Positions 59,478 to 64,000 of a DNA stretch of 64,000 nucleotides are shown here, piece after piece. A program made the position numbers and the translations under genes. The DNA is from Candidatus Latescibacterota bacterium. GTDB lineage: Bacteria > Latescibacterota > UBA2968 > GCA-2709665. Each line of letters begins with the position of its first letter. Within the stretch, counting starts at the first letter, position 1. The notes beneath the pieces were generated by a model. That model saw nothing but the letters and a program-made list of their open reading frames with translations, did not search any database and was not told where the DNA came from. The stretch spans positions 160,001 through 224,000 of the forward strand of contig CBDDDZ010000004.1 in NCBI GenBank assembly GCA_965226795.1, written 5' to 3'.

Positions 59478-60584
59478 ATGCGGATAGACCCCGATAAAGT
59501 CTACTTGTTTCGAGCCGAAATTACCGGAAACGAGGCGCCTTTCGAGGCATACCGGGACCTTGCCCATGAGGCGTTGCGGAACGTGGATCTGGCGCTTCCC
59601 GAGGCAGGGCCGGTGCTGCTCAAGCCAAATGCGACGGTTCTGTTTCCCGCACAGAAACGAATTGTAACCCACCCGGGCTTTCTGGCGGGTATGGCAGACG
59701 CGCTTGTGGAGAAAGGTGCCGACGCCGGCAGACTGGTGGTGGCGGACGGACAATCCGGCGAACAGCCGGACCTTGGGAATACGTGGAGGGGCGCGGGGTA
59801 CACGAAGATGGCGGTTGGCAGAAAGCTGACGTTGACCCCAATGAACGAGCGGCCCAGCCGGCGGGTTCCTGTACCCGGCGGGGTGGTATTCGAAGCCTAT
59901 CCGATTTATCGGGACGTAACGGACTGCGCGTTCTTTTTCAATGTGCCGCTGGCGAAATGCCACAACCTGGGATGTACGACCCTGGCCATCAAGAACCTGA
60001 TGGGAATCCTGGCGCGGCCGGAGCGACATCTGTGTCACATACAGGATGTTGACCGGCCGTACGAAAGTGGGATCTGGCGGTTGACGGAAAGCGGGTTGAG
60101 CCTGTTTGAAGACCGGTTTTACCACAAATTGTGCGACCTGGTTGCCGCCCTGCGTTCGCTGAAAATTCCCCGGCTTTGCATGGTCGACGGGTTGGTTGGT
60201 AGGGATGGCACCGCGTTTAACGAAGGCGAGAATCATCCGCTGGGTTGGACACTTCTAGGGGAGAACGAAGTACATGTCGACGCGGTTGCGACGTATCTGA
60301 TGGGGCTGGATCCGGAAACAACGCCCTATTTGAGATTTGCGGCCCTGCGCGGCCTTGGCAGCAACAGGCTGGATGAGATCGAGGTGGTGGACCTGGCCGG
60401 CGGCGGGGCGATGGACCGGCAGGCGCTGGCGGAGGTTCGTTCGGGAAAGATATTGATGCCGATCGCCCGTTACGAGGGCGGCTATTATAATCGCTATCGG
60501 GCGGACGGTTCCGTGGTGCCCTGGCGGATTGACGACGTGAACAAGCAGCGGCTCGCGGACGGATTGGAGGCAATCGCGTTGTAG
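59478..60584 (+). CDS. DUF362 domain protein
   Basis: VLLKPN, THP, NVPLAKCH, TLAIKNLMG, VDG, VDAVATYLMG. Confidence 0.88.
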   Translation: MRIDPDKVYLFRAEITGNEAPFEAYRDLAHEALRNVDLALPEAGPVLLKPNATVLFPAQKRIVTHPGFLAGMADALVEKGADAGRLVVADGQSGEQPDLGNTWRGAGYTKMAVGRKLTLTPMNERPSRRVPVPGGVVFEAYPIYRDVTDCAFFFNVPLAKCHNLGCTTLAIKNLMGILARPERHLCHIQDVDRPYESGIWRLTESGLSLFEDRFYHKLCDLVAALRSLKIPRLCMVDGLVGRDGTAFNEGENHPLGWTLLGENEVHVDAVATYLMGLDPETTPYLRFAALRGLGSNRLDEIEVVDLAGGGAMDRQALAEVRSGKILMPIARYEGGYYNRYRADGSVVPWRIDDVNKQRLADGLEAIAL

Positions 60585-60621
60585 TGTCCCGGCTCACCTG
60601 TTGACTTGACTGGAGATTGGG

Positions 60622-63015
60622 ATGAACCAGACAACCGTAGCGCCCGAATACCGGATGCCGCCTGATGAGATTGCGCCTATTCTGGACGCGCCAACCACAC
60701 CGGATATCAGCGTCGACCCCAACGGCCGGTGGATGCTCGTGCTCGCCAAGCCGAACCTGCCGCCCATCTCGGAATTGGCCCGGCCGGAGTTACGCCTGGC
60801 GGGCCTGCGTATCGACCCTCGTACGAACGGACTGAGCCGTGGGGGATATTATTCGGGTCTCAACCTGATTCGAATTTCCGATGGCATGGCACGCCCGGTT
60901 TCGGGCTTGCCGCAGGAGGGTCGGATAGCCTGGCCGAAATGGGCGCCCGACGGGCGTTGTTTTGCCTTTACCGTCCGTGACGAAACCGGGATCAGGCTGT
61001 GGCTGGCCGAAGTGGATTCCGGCCTGGCGCGACAGGTGTCGGAGATCCGCCTGAACGCGGTCTTCGGCGCGCCTTTCCACTGGATACCCTCAGGACAGGG
61101 AACGGTGAACGTCCGTACGCTGATCGTCCGGGCGGTGTTGAAAGACCCGGGTGAAATCCCCGTGGCGCCTGCGTTTCCCGCAGGGCCTGAGATCCGGGAG
61201 AATGCGGGGCAGCTGGCGCCGTCGCGGACCTATCAGGATCTGTTGAAGGGGGTTCACGACGAAGCGCTCTTCGAATACTTTGCGGCGTCGCGCCTCGTTC
61301 TGATCACATCGGATGGAAGCGAGCGGGAATTGGGCGCCCCGGGAACTATTCGGCGCGCCGAGCCGGCGCCGGGAGGCGCCTACCTGCTGGTGGAGATCCT
61401 CCACCGGCCGTTTTCGTATCTCGTGCCGCACTATCGATTTCCGGTTCGGGTGGAATTGTGGGATATGGACGGTCGGGTTGTCCGGGAACTGGTCGATGCG
61501 CCGCTGGCGGAAAATGTACCCATCGCGTTTGACGCCGTACCCGAGAGCCCGCGCTCGTTTCAGTGGCGCAGCGACGCGAAGGCGACGGTGTGCTGGGTGG
61601 AGGCGCAGGATGGCGGCGACCCGTCGGTAGCGACAGACGTGCGGGATTTCGTGTACATGCTATCCGAGCCTCCTGACGACGCACCGGCGTTGTTGCAATC
61701 TCTCGAACTCCGGTACGCAGGGTTGACCTGGGGAGACGGTACGATGGCGCTGGTGACCGAGCGGTGGTGGAAGACCCGTCGGACAAGGACCTGGCGGTTT
61801 GCGCCAGACGCGGAAACCACCGACCGTGAGCTGCTTTTCGACCGGTCGTGGGAAGACAGGTACGGCGATCCGGGAACGCCTCTGATGACGTCCACTCCTG
61901 CAGGGCGGAGGGTGTTGCTGACGGGTGATGACGGCCGACATCTTTTCCTGGCCGGCAGCGGGGCATCTCCTGAGGGGGATTTCCCATTCCTGGACCGGCT
62001 CGACCTGTTCACGAAATCGTCAAAGCGGTTGTGGCAATGCGAACCGCCGTATTACGAGCAGCCCGTCAAATTGATCGATGAAGCCGGTTGTCTGCTGTTG
62101 ACGTTGCGTGAGTCGGCCGAAAGCCCGCCAAACGTGTTTTTGCGGGCGCTGGAGACCCGGCACGTCCGGCAGTCGACCACGTTTCCTCACCCGGCGCCAC
62201 AGCTTTCGAAGGTTCGGAAGGAAATCATTCACTACCGGCGGGCGGACGGAGTCGGCTTAAACGGCACCCTTTATCTGCCGCCAGGGTATTCCGAGGAGCA
62301 GGGTCCGCTGCCCTTACTGATGTGGGCGTACCCTCGTGAGTTCAAGAGCGCCGATGCCGCCGCGCAGATCACCGGCTCTCCATATCGATTCACACGTGTG
62401 ACCTGGACGTCGCCCCTGCCCTGGTTGACGCAGGGATATGCGGTCCTGGACGGGCCCACCATGCCGATTGTTGGAGATGACGGCGTGGAAGCCAACGATT
62501 CGTACGTAACCCAGCTGGTATCCAGCGCTGAGGCGGCGGTGGAGGAAGTCGTGCGCCGTGGCGTTGCAGACCGGAAACGCATTGCGATCGGCGGACATTC
62601 CTATGGCGGGTTTATGACTGCAAATCTCCTGGCGCATTGCAATCTGTTTGCGGCGGGCATTGCCCGGAGCGGCGCATACAACCGTACGCTGACGCCTTTT
62701 GGTTTCCAGTCGGAAGAGCGCACGTTCTGGCAGGCGCCGGAGGTCTATTCCGCGATGTCCGCATTCATGCACGCCGACAAAATCAAATCGCCGTTGCTGT
62801 TGATTCATGGCCTGGCCGACGACAATTCCGGGACGTTTCCCATGCAGAGCGAGCGGCTTTACAACGCGCTGAAGGGCCACGGTGCGACAACGCGCCTGGT
62901 GATGCTGCCCCATGAGAGCCACGGCTATAGAGCGCGGGAATCGATAATGCATGCGTTCTGGGAGATGACGGAATGGCTGGCCCGCTACCTGAAGAACGCG
63001 ATAGCGGCTCGATAG
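60622..63015 (+). CDS. S9 prolyl oligopeptidase family peptidase (glutamyl endopeptidase-like)
   Basis: GHSYG nucleophile, RSGAYNRTLTPFGFQ, HG..D.N, ESHGY. Confidence 0.92.
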   Translation: MNQTTVAPEYRMPPDEIAPILDAPTTPDISVDPNGRWMLVLAKPNLPPISELARPELRLAGLRIDPRTNGLSRGGYYSGLNLIRISDGMARPVSGLPQEGRIAWPKWAPDGRCFAFTVRDETGIRLWLAEVDSGLARQVSEIRLNAVFGAPFHWIPSGQGTVNVRTLIVRAVLKDPGEIPVAPAFPAGPEIRENAGQLAPSRTYQDLLKGVHDEALFEYFAASRLVLITSDGSERELGAPGTIRRAEPAPGGAYLLVEILHRPFSYLVPHYRFPVRVELWDMDGRVVRELVDAPLAENVPIAFDAVPESPRSFQWRSDAKATVCWVEAQDGGDPSVATDVRDFVYMLSEPPDDAPALLQSLELRYAGLTWGDGTMALVTERWWKTRRTRTWRFAPDAETTDRELLFDRSWEDRYGDPGTPLMTSTPAGRRVLLTGDDGRHLFLAGSGASPEGDFPFLDRLDLFTKSSKRLWQCEPPYYEQPVKLIDEAGCLLLTLRESAESPPNVFLRALETRHVRQSTTFPHPAPQLSKVRKEIIHYRRADGVGLNGTLYLPPGYSEEQGPLPLLMWAYPREFKSADAAAQITGSPYRFTRVTWTSPLPWLTQGYAVLDGPTMPIVGDDGVEANDSYVTQLVSSAEAAVEEVVRRGVADRKRIAIGGHSYGGFMTANLLAHCNLFAAGIARSGAYNRTLTPFGFQSEERTFWQAPEVYSAMSAFMHADKIKSPLLLIHGLADDNSGTFPMQSERLYNALKGHGATTRLVMLPHESHGYRARESIMHAFWEMTEWLARYLKNAIAAR

Positions 63016-63028
63016 AAGGTTGACAGAA

Positions 63029-64000
63029 ATGACGAACGAAAGACCGACAGCGAGGGGATTTTCGGATCCGGATCCTGCGGCTGCCATCGGGGAACTCCGA
63101 TCGATGCTGGGCGATCGGATACATACGAATGAGGAAATCCGGGCAGCCCACGCCCAGGACGCTTCGTATCATACGCCCAGGCTGCCGGATGCAGTGGTCT
63201 TTCCCGTCTGCAATGCAGAAGTATCGCAAATTGTGAGGCTCTGTGCGCAACACCGCACACCGGTGGTGCCGTATGGGACCGGAACGGCCGTTGAAGGCGG
63301 TATTGTTGCCGTCCGGGGTGGTGTCTGTATCGATATGAGCCGAATGAATCGAATATTGAGAGTTGGCAAAGCAGACCTGGACGCAACGGTGGAGGCCGGG
63401 GTCACAAGGAAGCAGCTTAACCGGTATTTGGCGGATACGCAGACCGGGCTGTACTTCCCTGTGGATCCCGGAGCGGATGCCTCGCTCGGTGGGATGGCGG
63501 CAACACGGGCGTCAGGCAGTTCGGCGGTGAGCTACGGAACGATGCGGGAGAATGTCCTGGGACTGACGGTCATACTGGCTGACGGGAGTGTCGTTCACGC
63601 AGGCGGACGCGCAAGGAAATCGGCGGCGGGGTACGATCTGGCGCATTTATTCGTCGGATCCGAAGGTACGCTGGGTGTCATAACGGAGGTGACTCTGAAG
63701 CTGGCGAAGGTTCCTGAGGCCGTATCCGCGGCAGTCTGTGCGTTCCCGGACATTTCGTCGGCTGTGAATACCGTTATTGAAATCATGTCAGCGGGGATAT
63801 CAATGGCCCGGATCGAGCTTCTGGACGAGGTCCAGATGGGTGCAATCAACGCCTATTCAGGTTTTGACTACAGGGCGTCGCCAACCCTGTTTTTCGAGTT
63901 CCACGGTTCCGAAACGTCCGTTGACGAGCGCGTGGCGGCGGCCACGCGAATCGCCGGAAGGTACGGCAGTGAAGATATCCGATGGGCGACTGGTCAGAAC
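63029..64000 (+). CDS. FAD-linked oxidase (D-lactate dehydrogenase / GlcD family), runs off the right edge
   Basis: PDAVVFP, PYGTGT.VEG, FPVDPGADASLGGM, RYGTMRENV, AGYDL..LFVGSEGTLG. Confidence 0.9.
   Translation, partial: MTNERPTARGFSDPDPAAAIGELRSMLGDRIHTNEEIRAAHAQDASYHTPRLPDAVVFPVCNAEVSQIVRLCAQHRTPVVPYGTGTAVEGGIVAVRGGVCIDMSRMNRILRVGKADLDATVEAGVTRKQLNRYLADTQTGLYFPVDPGADASLGGMAATRASGSSAVSYGTMRENVLGLTVILADGSVVHAGGRARKSAAGYDLAHLFVGSEGTLGVITEVTLKLAKVPEAVSAAVCAFPDISSAVNTVIEIMSAGISMARIELLDEVQMGAINAYSGFDYRASPTLFFEFHGSETSVDERVAAATRIAGRYGSEDIRWATGQN

Overview
GC-rich bacterial chromosomal window. The four intact PhyH-family dioxygenases, a heparinase II/III protein and many sugar-catabolic enzymes resemble sponge-symbiont lineages such as Latescibacterota or Poribacteria (inference only). 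Left to right: decayed toxin-antitoxin/ATPase remnants and an intact DUF2283 TA-like pair; a TolC-MFP-RND efflux operon; a MITE, an unknown gene and a truncated PIN gene; two PhyH genes; an M16 peptidase; a DegT/epimerase/deacetylase/D-TA cluster; frdABCD; a probably inactive trypsin-like protein; fumC with a divergent LysR; a GT2 + His-type (ColD-like) DegT + Fcl/ColC-like sugar cluster; a disrupted meaB plus a B12-binding mutase subunit; a candidate defence island (Ppl-like PHP-ABC ATPase coupled to a Schlafen/AlbA_2-HATPase gene, both with single frameshifts); two more PhyH genes, alkA, ROK and an ABC-2 exporter; tRNA-Leu(CAA); an nfeD-floA-yqfB-like operon containing a chimeric short nfeD and a second MITE; tRNA-Met(CAU); a divergent catabolic locus (C45, homocysteine methyltransferase, ceramidase-like / heparinase II/III, QW-repeat barrel, epimerases, DUF362); an S9 peptidase; and a truncated FAD-linked oxidase. 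No CRISPR array, rRNA or transposase was seen. Several genes carry indels or locally templated duplications that could be real decay or assembly artefacts. All family calls are from motif recognition, not database searches.
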